Source: an uncultured Bacilli bacterium
Lineage (GTDB): Bacteria > Bacillota_I > Bacilli_A > RF39 > UBA660
Direction: 5' to 3'
Assembly (NCBI GenBank): GCA_947629365.1
Contig: CANRDM010000002.1
Span: 1-42,417 of the forward strand
Length of the DNA: 42,417 bases
Both the position numbers and the translations under genes were made by a program. Shown here in pieces: positions 26,898 to 35,595 of this stretch. The notes under the pieces are model-generated. The model made no database searches, was not told where the DNA came from, and saw nothing but the letters and a program-made list of their open reading frames with translations. Every line of letters begins with the position of its first letter. Position 1 is the first letter of the stretch.

Positions 26898-27635
26898 ATG
26901 TACATATATGATAAAAAGGCTGATAGTATAGTTTTGTATACTATTGAAGCTAAAAAGGAAGCGTTAAGAGAATATAAGCGAAAAATACTTGAGGCAAATG
27001 ATAAAGATTTATTATATCATTTGATAACTAATAGTGCTGAGGCCATAGAAAAATTTATAAATTCTAGTGAATTATCTATAAATGATCTTGATTTTTTTAC
27101 TCCAGCTAGTTCCTCTAATGATTCAATTAGTAGTTCATTTAATCCCATTTCTGGAACAAGTAATATTGCTACTTTAGAAAATAAAGTTGCCCATTATTTT
27201 AATAATAGTGCTTCATTTAAAGCTTATATTTATAATGATTATATTTATACATTAAAAAAATATATTGAAGGTAAATTTGATGATTATTCACTTAAAAAGG
27301 TCACTAATAAAAAAGGACATTATTTTTATCTTTTAAGAACAGAAAATTTTGATTTAATTGATTGTTATCAAGATGACTCATATTATATAATTAATGATAT
27401 CATTAAATTACCAAGAGATTTACAAATATTACAATTATTATTACAAGGTAGATATAGTGAGATTGGCAGTTTACCGCCTGAACAATTAAAACTTTTCAAT
27501 ATTAAATATTGTAAAAGCATTAAAATAAGTGATATTGAAGATTTATATGCAATTGGCTTAGTTAGTGGTAAATTTGAAGATACAATGAGAAAAGTATCAA
27601 GTTCATCACGTATATTGCAAAAATATAAAAAATAA
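26898..27635 (+). CDS. Family B paralogue 2
   Basis: MYIYDKKADSIVLYTIEAKKEALREYKRKILEAND..., ...YFYLLRTE..., LPRDLQILQLLLQGRYSEI, and SSSSRILQKYKK. Confidence 0.8.
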   Translation: MYIYDKKADSIVLYTIEAKKEALREYKRKILEANDKDLLYHLITNSAEAIEKFINSSELSINDLDFFTPASSSNDSISSSFNPISGTSNIATLENKVAHYFNNSASFKAYIYNDYIYTLKKYIEGKFDDYSLKKVTNKKGHYFYLLRTENFDLIDCYQDDSYYIINDIIKLPRDLQILQLLLQGRYSEIGSLPPEQLKLFNIKYCKSIKISDIEDLYAIGLVSGKFEDTMRKVSSSSRILQKYKK

Positions 27636-27654
27636 AGAAAGAGGTATAGAAAAG

Positions 27655-28305
27655 ATGGAAAATGCAAAAAAGATGGATAAAGGAGCTTTAAATTTATATG
27701 ATATTTATAAAGAAAGCTATGAAATAAGTAGTAGAGTAAAAGCTGTATATGATAAGCAAAAACAGTTAAGTGATGAACTATTTGAGTATTGTAATCACAA
27801 TTTTGTTAATAGAAAAAATTTTGAAGAAGTAGAAAGCGTTCTTGGTCTTAAAGAAAATTTATCTTTTTTCTTTTATAAATTTATCCCATTTGTAATTCAA
27901 AATTATTTATTAAAAAATCAAAATAGTATTAAATCTTTAGATGCAAATGAATATAAAATATCTACTAATTTTAGATTAAGTTATAAGACAAGTATTTATA
28001 AACATATTAGTTATGAAGATGAAAATATAGAATTTCCTTTACCTTATGATTCTGATTATTATCATTTTGAAGAAATACTTATTAAATTTATTGAAGAACT
28101 TAATTTAGGTACGATTAAAATGTTAAATTCTCAATTTGGCTTAGATTATTCTATTTTAATTGAAACTTCATTACAAGATTTAATATATGCTTGTTATCTA
28201 GGAGAAGAATTGGTTAAAGTTTTAGAAGATGAATGTATTGATTTATTAAGTGATTACTTTAGTGAAGAACAATTAGCAAATTTTAAGAAAACTCTACATA
28301 GGTAA
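27655..28305 (+). CDS. Family A paralogue 3
   Basis: LNLYDIYKESYEI, LKENLSFFFYKFIPFVI, and DLIYACYLGEELVKVLEDECIDLLSDYFSEEQLANFKKTLHR. Confidence 0.8.
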   Translation: MENAKKMDKGALNLYDIYKESYEISSRVKAVYDKQKQLSDELFEYCNHNFVNRKNFEEVESVLGLKENLSFFFYKFIPFVIQNYLLKNQNSIKSLDANEYKISTNFRLSYKTSIYKHISYEDENIEFPLPYDSDYYHFEEILIKFIEELNLGTIKMLNSQFGLDYSILIETSLQDLIYACYLGEELVKVLEDECIDLLSDYFSEEQLANFKKTLHR

Positions 28306-28326
28306 TATTTAAATAAGGAGATTATA

Positions 28327-29058
28327 ATGTACATATATGATAAAAAAGATGATAGTATAGTTTTGTATACTATTGAAGCTAAAAAAGAAGAATTAAAAAG
28401 ATATAAGCGAAAAATAATTGAAGCAAATGATGCTGATTTATTATATTATTTAATAACTACTGTAGTAACAACTAAAGACCGATTTGTAAATTCCGAAGAA
28501 CTAGCTATAAGTGATATTGTATATGGACCTGAGTGGACTATTCCTGGGAGAATTCAATCAAATTTAAGAAAATGTGGTGGTACAAAAAACATAGCATATT
28601 TAAAAGAATTATGTTTAAGGTTTCATGCAATTGGTTGGCCGCCTGATCGAGAGGATGAATGCGAAGAACAAATAAATTTAATTGAACAATACATTAATGG
28701 TGATTTTGATAATATTCCATTAATAAGAATTATTGAAGAAAACAATCATGATTTTTATCTTTTAAGAACAGAAGCAGCGAAAACAATTATGTATGGTAGC
28801 TTTTGGGTTATCGATAACATTATTAAATTACCGAGAAGTTTACAAATACTACAATTATTATTACAAGGTAAATATGAAAAAATAAATGAGGCAGAAATTA
28901 CTGATCAACTAAAGCTATTTAATATTAATTATTATGATAGCGTCAAGCTAAATAACATTAGAGATATGCATATAACAGAATCAGCTAATGACTCTTATGA
29001 ATCTATTTTAGAAAAAGTTTCTTCTGGGTCACGTATATTACAAAAATATAAAAAATAA
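28327..29058 (+). CDS. Family B paralogue 3
   Basis: MYIYDKKDDSIVLYTIEAKKEELKRYKRKIIEAND..., FYLLRTE, LPRSLQILQLLLQGKYEKI, and SSGSRILQKYKK. Confidence 0.8.
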   Translation: MYIYDKKDDSIVLYTIEAKKEELKRYKRKIIEANDADLLYYLITTVVTTKDRFVNSEELAISDIVYGPEWTIPGRIQSNLRKCGGTKNIAYLKELCLRFHAIGWPPDREDECEEQINLIEQYINGDFDNIPLIRIIEENNHDFYLLRTEAAKTIMYGSFWVIDNIIKLPRSLQILQLLLQGKYEKINEAEITDQLKLFNINYYDSVKLNNIRDMHITESANDSYESILEKVSSGSRILQKYKK

Positions 29059-29077
29059 AGAAAGAGGTATAGAAAAG

Positions 29078-29728
29078 ATGGAAAATGAGAAAATGAAGAA
29101 TAATGATGATTTAAATTTATATGATATTTTTAAAGAAAATTATGAAATAGGACAAAGAGTAGAAGCTGCACATAATAAGAAAAAACAATTAAGAGATGAG
29201 TTATTTGATTATGGCTCTATTAATATAGCTAATAGAAATCAATTTAATGAAGTAGAAAGAATAATTGACCTTAAAAAGAATTTAATATTTTTCTTTTCCA
29301 AGTTTATGCCTTTTTTGATTCATACCTATTTATTAGAAAATCATAAAGATATTAAATCATTAGATGTTAGTAAATGTAAAATATCAGCTGATTTTACCTT
29401 GAGTTATGACGAAAAATCTTACAAGTATATTTATTATGGTAAATCTTTTTACATTTTACCTTCTGATTCTGATTATAATAATTTTAATGAATTACTTGTA
29501 AACTTTATTAATGAATATCATTTAGGAACAATTGAGAAGAGAAAATCTGATGATACTGTAGAATTAATTTATTTTATAACTATAAATACTTCATTAAAAG
29601 ATTTAATATATGCTTGCTATGTAGGTGAAGAATGGATTAAACATATAGAAGATGAATGCCTTACTATATTAAGTGATTATTATAGTGAAGAACAATTAGC
29701 AAGTTTTAAGAAAACTCTCCATAGGTAA
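29078..29728 (+). CDS. Family A paralogue 4
   Basis: MENEKMKNNDDLNLYDIFKENYEIG... and DLIYACYVGEEWIKHIEDECLTILSDYYSEEQLASFKKTLHR. Confidence 0.8.
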   Translation: MENEKMKNNDDLNLYDIFKENYEIGQRVEAAHNKKKQLRDELFDYGSINIANRNQFNEVERIIDLKKNLIFFFSKFMPFLIHTYLLENHKDIKSLDVSKCKISADFTLSYDEKSYKYIYYGKSFYILPSDSDYNNFNELLVNFINEYHLGTIEKRKSDDTVELIYFITINTSLKDLIYACYVGEEWIKHIEDECLTILSDYYSEEQLASFKKTLHR

Positions 29729-29759
29729 TAAAAATATAAAATAACGAAAGGAAAAAATT

Positions 29760-30392
29760 ATGGATAAAGAAAAAATAATGAATGGTGATGCTTTAAGTTT
29801 ATATGAAATCTTTAAAGAAAGTAAGGAAGCACAAAATATGGAAGATGAAATAAACGATGCTATAGGACGATTGCAGGATAAAATGATTTATACAAACTTA
29901 TCATCATATCAAAAAGATTTTGCAAAAATAGAAAGTCTTATTTACCTTAGGAAAAATCTAGAGTTTTATTTCTATCAATTTTTACCATTTTTTATTAAAA
30001 AAACTATTTTAAATAGTAAAAGAAAGTTAAATATTACTCATTCTGTGGCTTTCAAACATATTTTTTACTGTTATCCCGGTGGATGCAAGGGCTTTGAAGC
30101 AGAAGACAAGCTTATCTATTGTTTACCAGCCCAAATTAATGGTAAAGCATTTGTTTTTCATTTAAAAAATTTTATTACACAATATGAATTAGGTAAAATG
30201 GATAGAAGGATTCCTGATAAGGAATATGAATATAACGTTAGAATACATACTACATTAAGAGATTTAATATATGCTTGTTATATAGGACAAGAATGGGTTA
30301 AATCTTTAGGAGAAGAATGTATTGACATATTAAGTGATTATTATAGTGAAGAACAATTAGATAGTTTTAAGAAAACTCTTCATAGACAATAA
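29760..30392 (+). CDS. Family A paralogue 5
   Basis: LSLYEIFKESKE, RKNLEFYFYQFLPFFI, and DLIYACYIGQEWVKSLGEECIDILSDYYSEEQLDSFKKTLHRQ. Confidence 0.8.
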   Translation: MDKEKIMNGDALSLYEIFKESKEAQNMEDEINDAIGRLQDKMIYTNLSSYQKDFAKIESLIYLRKNLEFYFYQFLPFFIKKTILNSKRKLNITHSVAFKHIFYCYPGGCKGFEAEDKLIYCLPAQINGKAFVFHLKNFITQYELGKMDRRIPDKEYEYNVRIHTTLRDLIYACYIGQEWVKSLGEECIDILSDYYSEEQLDSFKKTLHRQ

Positions 30393-30424
30393 AAATATAA
30401 AATAAAAAAAGAGGTATAGAAAAG

Positions 30425-31075
30425 ATGGAAAATGAGAAAATGAAGAATAATGAGGATTTAAATTTATATGATGTTTTTAAAGAAAATTATGAAATAGGAA
30501 GAAGAGAAAACGTTAATGAAAGAACAGAGCTTCTGAACACCGAACTATTCTTTTACGGTCACGATTACTTATTTTATCAAAGTGATTTTGTAGAAGTAGA
30601 AAGTATTCTTGGCCTTAGAAAAAATTTAGAATTTTTCTTTTCCAAGTTCTTACCCTTCTTGATTCATGAAGTTTTAAGAAAAAAACAAACCAAGATTAAT
30701 TCTCTAGATGCCAGTGAATTGGCAATATTTTCTAAATTTGAATTGCATTTTTTGACAAAAGAAAATAAAACCATTTTTTATTGTGATAACCATTCGGAAT
30801 ATTTTTTACCTTCTAATCACGATTATAGTAATTTTGATGAATTACTTACAACATTTATTATTGAATATCATTTAGGAACAGTGGTTGAGAATTGTAATCA
30901 TCCTCAAGGAAAAATATATTATATTGCCATAGATACAACATTGAAAGATTTAATATATGCTTGTTATATAGGACAAGAATGGGTTAAATCTATAGGAGAT
31001 GATTGTATTGATTTACTTAGCGATTATTATAGTGAAGAACAATTAGAAAATTACAAAAAAACTCTTCATAGATAA
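30425..31075 (+). CDS. Family A paralogue 6
   Basis: MENEKMKNNEDLNLYDVFKENYEIG... and DLIYACYIGQEWVKSIGDDCIDLLSDYYSEEQLENYKKTLHR. Confidence 0.8.
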   Translation: MENEKMKNNEDLNLYDVFKENYEIGRRENVNERTELLNTELFFYGHDYLFYQSDFVEVESILGLRKNLEFFFSKFLPFLIHEVLRKKQTKINSLDASELAIFSKFELHFLTKENKTIFYCDNHSEYFLPSNHDYSNFDELLTTFIIEYHLGTVVENCNHPQGKIYYIAIDTTLKDLIYACYIGQEWVKSIGDDCIDLLSDYYSEEQLENYKKTLHR

Positions 31076-31087
31076 TAAAATTCTTAG

Positions 31088-31116
31088 TTGACGATAATTA
31101 AAAAAAGTAATAAAAT
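31088..31116 (+). promoter_or_regulatory. Sigma-A type promoter of the hisS T-box leader
   Basis: TTGACG (31088-31093), a 17-nt spacer, and TAAAAT (31111-31116). Confidence 0.6.
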
Positions 31117-31119
31117 TAG

Positions 31120-31325
31120 AATATAAATATTTTCTATAAAAAGACAAGTAATTTATTAAATGAATTTTTAAAGAGAAGACGGTTGGTGAGAAAGTCAAAT
31201 AATTTAATAAATGAAGACACTTTTAGATAAATAGAAACGCACTTAGTGTGATAAATTTTAAGACCTAAAGTAAGGTGGTACCGCGGGAAGACTCGCCCTT
31301 ATGAATAGGTCTTTTTATTTTTTAG
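31120..31325 (+). promoter_or_regulatory. T-box riboswitch leader of the hisS-aspS-asnS-gatCAB operon
   Basis: AAGAGAAGACGGTTGGTGAGAAAG stem-I elements. The candidate specifier region is GAAGACAC (GACAC at 31216-31220). The T-box sequence is TAAGGTGGTACCGCGG (31271-31286). The terminator pairs AGACCTA (31261-31267) with TAGGTCT (31306-31312), followed by a T-run. Confidence 0.85.
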
Positions 31326-31338
31326 AAAGGATGATTAA

Positions 31339-32601
31339 ATGATAACTAAACCAAAAGGAACTATTGATATTACGGGAAGTGATTCTCTATTATGGGAATA
31401 TGTTAATTCAGTTGTAAGTACAATGATGGCTACTTATAATTATGAATATATTAGAACCCCAATTTTTGAAGCAAGTGAATTATATCACCGCTCAGTAGGA
31501 GAATCATCAGATATCGTAAAAAAAGAAACTTACGATTTTAAAGATAAAGGAGATCGTAATTTAACTTTAAGGCCAGAAGGAACAGCAGGTGTAGTAAGAA
31601 GTTACTTAGAAAATAAAGAGTATGCATCACCTGATGTAAAAAAATACTATTATAATGGCACAATGTATCGTTATGAAAGACCCCAAGCGGGAAGACTTAG
31701 GGAATTTACCCAATTTGGAGTGGAAGTTCTTGGGAGTGACGATCCAATTATTGATGCGGAAGTAATTAGTTTACAATATAAAATTTTAGAAGCCCTACAT
31801 ATTAGTAATTTACAAGTAAATATTAATACTTTAGGTGATGAAGAATCAAGGATTAAATATCGTGATGCTTTAGTCAAATATTTAGAACCACATCTAGATC
31901 TATTATGTGATGATTGTAAAGAAAGATTTAAAACTAATCCTTTAAGAATACTAGATTGTAAAGTTGATGCGGAAAGCCCGATTTTAAAAAAGGCTCCTAA
32001 AACAATCGATTATCTAACAAAGGATGCTAAAGAAAGATTTACAACAGTATTAAAATATTTAGATTTATTAGAAGTTGATTACGAAGTAAATCCTAAAATA
32101 GTAAGAGGTCTTGATTATTATGATCATACTGTTTTTGAAATAGTGTCCTTAGATAGTGATGAGACAAGACAAAGTGTTTTAGGTGGTGGCGGTAGATACA
32201 ATAAATTAATTAAAGAATTAGGGGGTAAAGATAATTATGGAATTGGTTTTGCCTGTGGAGTTGACCGGATAATTGCCTTACTTAAAGAAATTGATTTATA
32301 TCAAAATGTCAAAAAAGAAATTGATTGCTATGTAATGTATGTGTCTGAAGAAGAAAAATTAAATGCTCTTCCGATTGTCCAAAACTTAAGACTTAATGGA
32401 GTCGTTGTTGAGACAAATAATTTAAATAAAGGCTTAAAAGGACAATTTAATGAAGCTGATCGTCTTGATGCTAAATTTTTAATTATTTTAAATAATGAAG
32501 ATTTAAAATTAGGTTTAGTTAATGTTAAAGATAATCATACTAAAGAAGAGGTTAAAATAGATATTTCGGAAATAGTTGATTACATTATTAGTAATTTGTA
32601 G
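31339..32601 (+). CDS. hisS: Histidine--tRNA ligase
   Basis: Class II motifs LRPEGTAGVVRSY, YRYERPQAGRLREFTQFGVE, and GGGGRYNKL...GFACGVDR. Confidence 0.95.
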   Translation: MITKPKGTIDITGSDSLLWEYVNSVVSTMMATYNYEYIRTPIFEASELYHRSVGESSDIVKKETYDFKDKGDRNLTLRPEGTAGVVRSYLENKEYASPDVKKYYYNGTMYRYERPQAGRLREFTQFGVEVLGSDDPIIDAEVISLQYKILEALHISNLQVNINTLGDEESRIKYRDALVKYLEPHLDLLCDDCKERFKTNPLRILDCKVDAESPILKKAPKTIDYLTKDAKERFTTVLKYLDLLEVDYEVNPKIVRGLDYYDHTVFEIVSLDSDETRQSVLGGGGRYNKLIKELGGKDNYGIGFACGVDRIIALLKEIDLYQNVKKEIDCYVMYVSEEEKLNALPIVQNLRLNGVVVETNNLNKGLKGQFNEADRLDAKFLIILNNEDLKLGLVNVKDNHTKEEVKIDISEIVDYIISNL

Positions 32602-32608
32602 GAGGATT

Positions 32609-33898
32609 ATGAAAAGAGAATTAATAAATGAATTAAGTGAAGAAAAAATAGCTCGCATTAGTGGTTGGGCTGAGACAATAAGAGATACTAAATATATGAT
32701 TTTTATCATTTTAAAAGATGCTAGTGGCAAAATACAAGTATCTATTGATAAAGAAAATAATAAAGATATTGTAAATGCTCTTGAAGGTATTCTTCAAAAT
32801 AGTATCTTAGAATTTACAGGTGTAATGAAATTAAGTGAATACGTTAAAAATGGTGGTAAAGAGTTTATTCCGGAAAGTGTTAAAATCTTAAGTAAGGCCG
32901 AAAAACTACCTCTTGATGAGACGGCAAATATTGATACACGCCTAGATTATAGATGGATAGATTTAAGAAGTGCTAAAAACAATTTAATGCTTAAAGTTCA
33001 ATCAGCATTTGTTGATGGTATGCGATCATTTTTAATTAAGGAAAATTTTACGGAGATTCATACGCCTAAATTAATTGCGACAGCCTCTGAATCAGGTAGC
33101 GATGTTTTTGAAGTAAAATATTTTGATAGAAAAGCTTATCTTGCCCAAAGCCCTCAATTTTATAAACAAATGGCTATTGCCAGTGGCTTAGAAAGAATAT
33201 TTGAAATTGCCCCGGCCTTTAGAGCGGAAAATTCTAATACAAATCGTCATACCACTGAGTTTACTTCTTTTGACTTAGAATTTGCTTATATTGATTCATA
33301 TGAAGATGTAATGGATATGGAAGAAGAGCTTTTAATCGCCGGTTTAACTAACGTTAAAAATTTATATGCAAAAGAAATTAAAGAATTATTTGGTGAAGAT
33401 GTAATTATTCCTAAAAGACCATTTCCAAGAATTAAATTACAAGATTTATATCAAGAATTAAATAAAAGATATAATTATGAAATACCAGCTTATGATATTG
33501 GGGATATGAATGCTGAAGCAGAAAAATTAACGAGTCAATATGCTAAAGAAGTTTATGATAGTGAGTTTATCTTTGTAACAGATTTTGCGAAGACTAAAAG
33601 AGCTTTTTATCATATGCGTAAAGATGATATTCCCCAAGGCTTTGACCTTATATGGAAAGGTACGGAAATAACTACGGGAGCCCAAAGAGAGCATCGTTAT
33701 GAAGAGCTTAAAAAACAAGCCGAAGAAAAAGGATTGGCTAAAGATGTGGAATTTTACTTACAATTCTTTAAGTATGGTTGCCCTCCACACGGTGGATTTG
33801 CTATTGGCGTTGACCGTCTTACAATGCTTTTACTTGGTATTTCATCTTTAAAAGAAGAAATGTTTATTTTTAGGGGTCCATCAAGACTTACCCCTTAA
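32609..33898 (+). CDS. aspS: Aspartate--tRNA ligase, short archaeal/eukaryotic type (~430 aa, no GAD insertion)
   Basis: FRAENSNTNRHTTEFTSFDLE, and PPHGGFAIGVDRLTMLL. SD AGGAGG precedes ATG 32609; the track start 32576 overlaps hisS and is unlikely. Confidence 0.85.
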   Translation: MKRELINELSEEKIARISGWAETIRDTKYMIFIILKDASGKIQVSIDKENNKDIVNALEGILQNSILEFTGVMKLSEYVKNGGKEFIPESVKILSKAEKLPLDETANIDTRLDYRWIDLRSAKNNLMLKVQSAFVDGMRSFLIKENFTEIHTPKLIATASESGSDVFEVKYFDRKAYLAQSPQFYKQMAIASGLERIFEIAPAFRAENSNTNRHTTEFTSFDLEFAYIDSYEDVMDMEEELLIAGLTNVKNLYAKEIKELFGEDVIIPKRPFPRIKLQDLYQELNKRYNYEIPAYDIGDMNAEAEKLTSQYAKEVYDSEFIFVTDFAKTKRAFYHMRKDDIPQGFDLIWKGTEITTGAQREHRYEELKKQAEEKGLAKDVEFYLQFFKYGCPPHGGFAIGVDRLTMLLLGISSLKEEMFIFRGPSRLTP

Positions 33899-33916
33899 TA
33901 GAAAGGATTATTTAAT

Positions 33917-35281
33917 ATGGATTTAAGAGATTTATTTAGTGATACAAAAAAATATTTAAATAATGAAGTAACTATCTGTGGTTGGATAAGATTACATCGT
34001 GATCAAAAAACTTTTGGCTTTATTGATTTTTCTGATGGTACTTGTCAAACTCATTTGCAAGTTGTATACGATGAAAAATTAACTAATTTTAGCGATGTTC
34101 AAAAGTTTTTAGTGGGTTCAGCTATTTCAGTAACAGGAGTAGTTGTGGAATCAAAAGGTAATCAAGAAATTGAATTACAAGCAAGTAATATCACTCTTTT
34201 AGGTGATTGTCCCGAAGATTATCCGATTCAACCTAAAAGACATACAAGAGAATTTTTAAGAGAACAAGCATATCTAAGGCCAAGAACTAATCTTTTCCAA
34301 GCTGTTTTTAGAGTAAGAAGTATTGCTGCCTATGCTATTCATAAATATTTCCAAGAAAGAGGTTATGTTTATTTTCACGCCCCTTTAATTACTGCAAGTG
34401 ATTGTGAAGGAGCCGGTGAGATGTTTCAAGTAACGACTTTACCAATAGATAAAATTAAGGGTGAAGTAGATTATAGTAAAGATTTCTTTGGTAAACTAAC
34501 AGGGCTAACCGTAAGTGGTCAATTAGAAGCGGAAACATTTGCAATGGCTTATAAAAAAACTTATACTTTTGGGCCAACTTTTAGAGCAGAAAATTCTAAT
34601 ACCAAAACCCATGCTGCTGAATTTTGGATGATTGAACCAGAAATTGCCTTTTGTGATTTAGAAGGGGATATGGACATAATGGAAGATATGCTTAAATATA
34701 TTGTTAAATATGTTTTAGATAACGCTAAAGAAGAAATTAATTTCTTTGATGCTTTTGTCGAAAAAGGCTTAAAAGAAAAACTTGAAAAACTTATTAATAG
34801 TAAGTTTGTAAGAATTGATCATAAAGATGTAATTAAACTATTAAAAGAAGCTCCAGTTAAATGGGAATTTGAACCAGTTTATGGTGGTGATATTGCTAAA
34901 GAACACGAAAAATATATTACTGAATACTTTAATGGACCAGTCTTTATCAAAAATTGGCCAAAAGATATTAAAGCTTTCTATATGAAATTAAATCCTGATA
35001 ATGAAACCGTGGCGGCGGTTGATTTAGAAGTACCGGGAGCTGGTGAATTAATGGGTGGTAGTCAAAGAGAAGAAAATTACGATAAACTTATTAAAAGAAT
35101 GCAAGAATTAAAGATGAGTGATAATGGTCTAGAATGGTATTTAAATCTTCGTCGTTATGGTGGTTGTGTTCATTCTGGCTTTGGAATGGGATTTGAAAGA
35201 CTTTTAATTTATTTAACTGGTGTTGATAATATTAGAGATGTTATTCCTTATCCAAGAACACCAAAATCTTGTGATTATTAA
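33917..35281 (+). CDS. asnS: Asparagine--tRNA ligase
   Basis: FRAENSNTKTHAAEFWMIEPE, GGSQREE, and HSGFGMGFERLL. Confidence 0.9.
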   Translation: MDLRDLFSDTKKYLNNEVTICGWIRLHRDQKTFGFIDFSDGTCQTHLQVVYDEKLTNFSDVQKFLVGSAISVTGVVVESKGNQEIELQASNITLLGDCPEDYPIQPKRHTREFLREQAYLRPRTNLFQAVFRVRSIAAYAIHKYFQERGYVYFHAPLITASDCEGAGEMFQVTTLPIDKIKGEVDYSKDFFGKLTGLTVSGQLEAETFAMAYKKTYTFGPTFRAENSNTKTHAAEFWMIEPEIAFCDLEGDMDIMEDMLKYIVKYVLDNAKEEINFFDAFVEKGLKEKLEKLINSKFVRIDHKDVIKLLKEAPVKWEFEPVYGGDIAKEHEKYITEYFNGPVFIKNWPKDIKAFYMKLNPDNETVAAVDLEVPGAGELMGGSQREENYDKLIKRMQELKMSDNGLEWYLNLRRYGGCVHSGFGMGFERLLIYLTGVDNIRDVIPYPRTPKSCDY

Positions 35282-35290
35282 GAGGTATTT

Positions 35291-35593
35291 ATGAGTAAAT
35301 TTACAAAAGAAATGGTCCAAAATTATGCTAATAAATTATTAATTAATTTATCAGATGAAGAAAATGCCTTAGTTTTAGAAGAGTTTGATGTTATTGATCA
35401 CAATATGGAACTTATTACAAAAATACCTAATATTGAGATGGTTGAACCAATGACACACACTTTAGATGATTTTACCTATGAACTTCGAAGTGATGTTGCT
35501 ACTCCTTCACCAAGTATTGAAGAAATATTACAAAATTGTGATAAATATGAAGATCGAGAAGTAGTAGTGCCTAAAGTAGTTGGAGGTGATTAA
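35291..35593 (+). CDS. gatC: Glu/Asp-tRNA amidotransferase subunit C
   Basis: 100-aa ORF directly upstream of gatA-gatB. The KLLINLSDEE...EFDVI pattern is typical of GatC. Confidence 0.8.
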   Translation: MSKFTKEMVQNYANKLLINLSDEENALVLEEFDVIDHNMELITKIPNIEMVEPMTHTLDDFTYELRSDVATPSPSIEEILQNCDKYEDREVVVPKVVGGD

Positions 35594-35595
35594 GG

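Larger units (their letters stand above)
25001..31075 (+). repeat. Tandem array of nine paralogous genes from two families, in the order A A B B A B A A A
   Basis: Translations share family-specific conserved termini. Intergenic gaps are only ~12-32 nt. Junction sequences are repeated. Confidence 0.9.

Noticed and set aside
25001-31075. Whether the periodic repeats of the array could be a CRISPR array or an IS/transposon cluster.
   Set aside because: Repeat units are 0.55-0.75-kb protein-coding genes, not 25-40-nt direct repeats with spacers. No cas, transposase or integrase ORFs and no terminal inverted repeats are visible in or beside the array.
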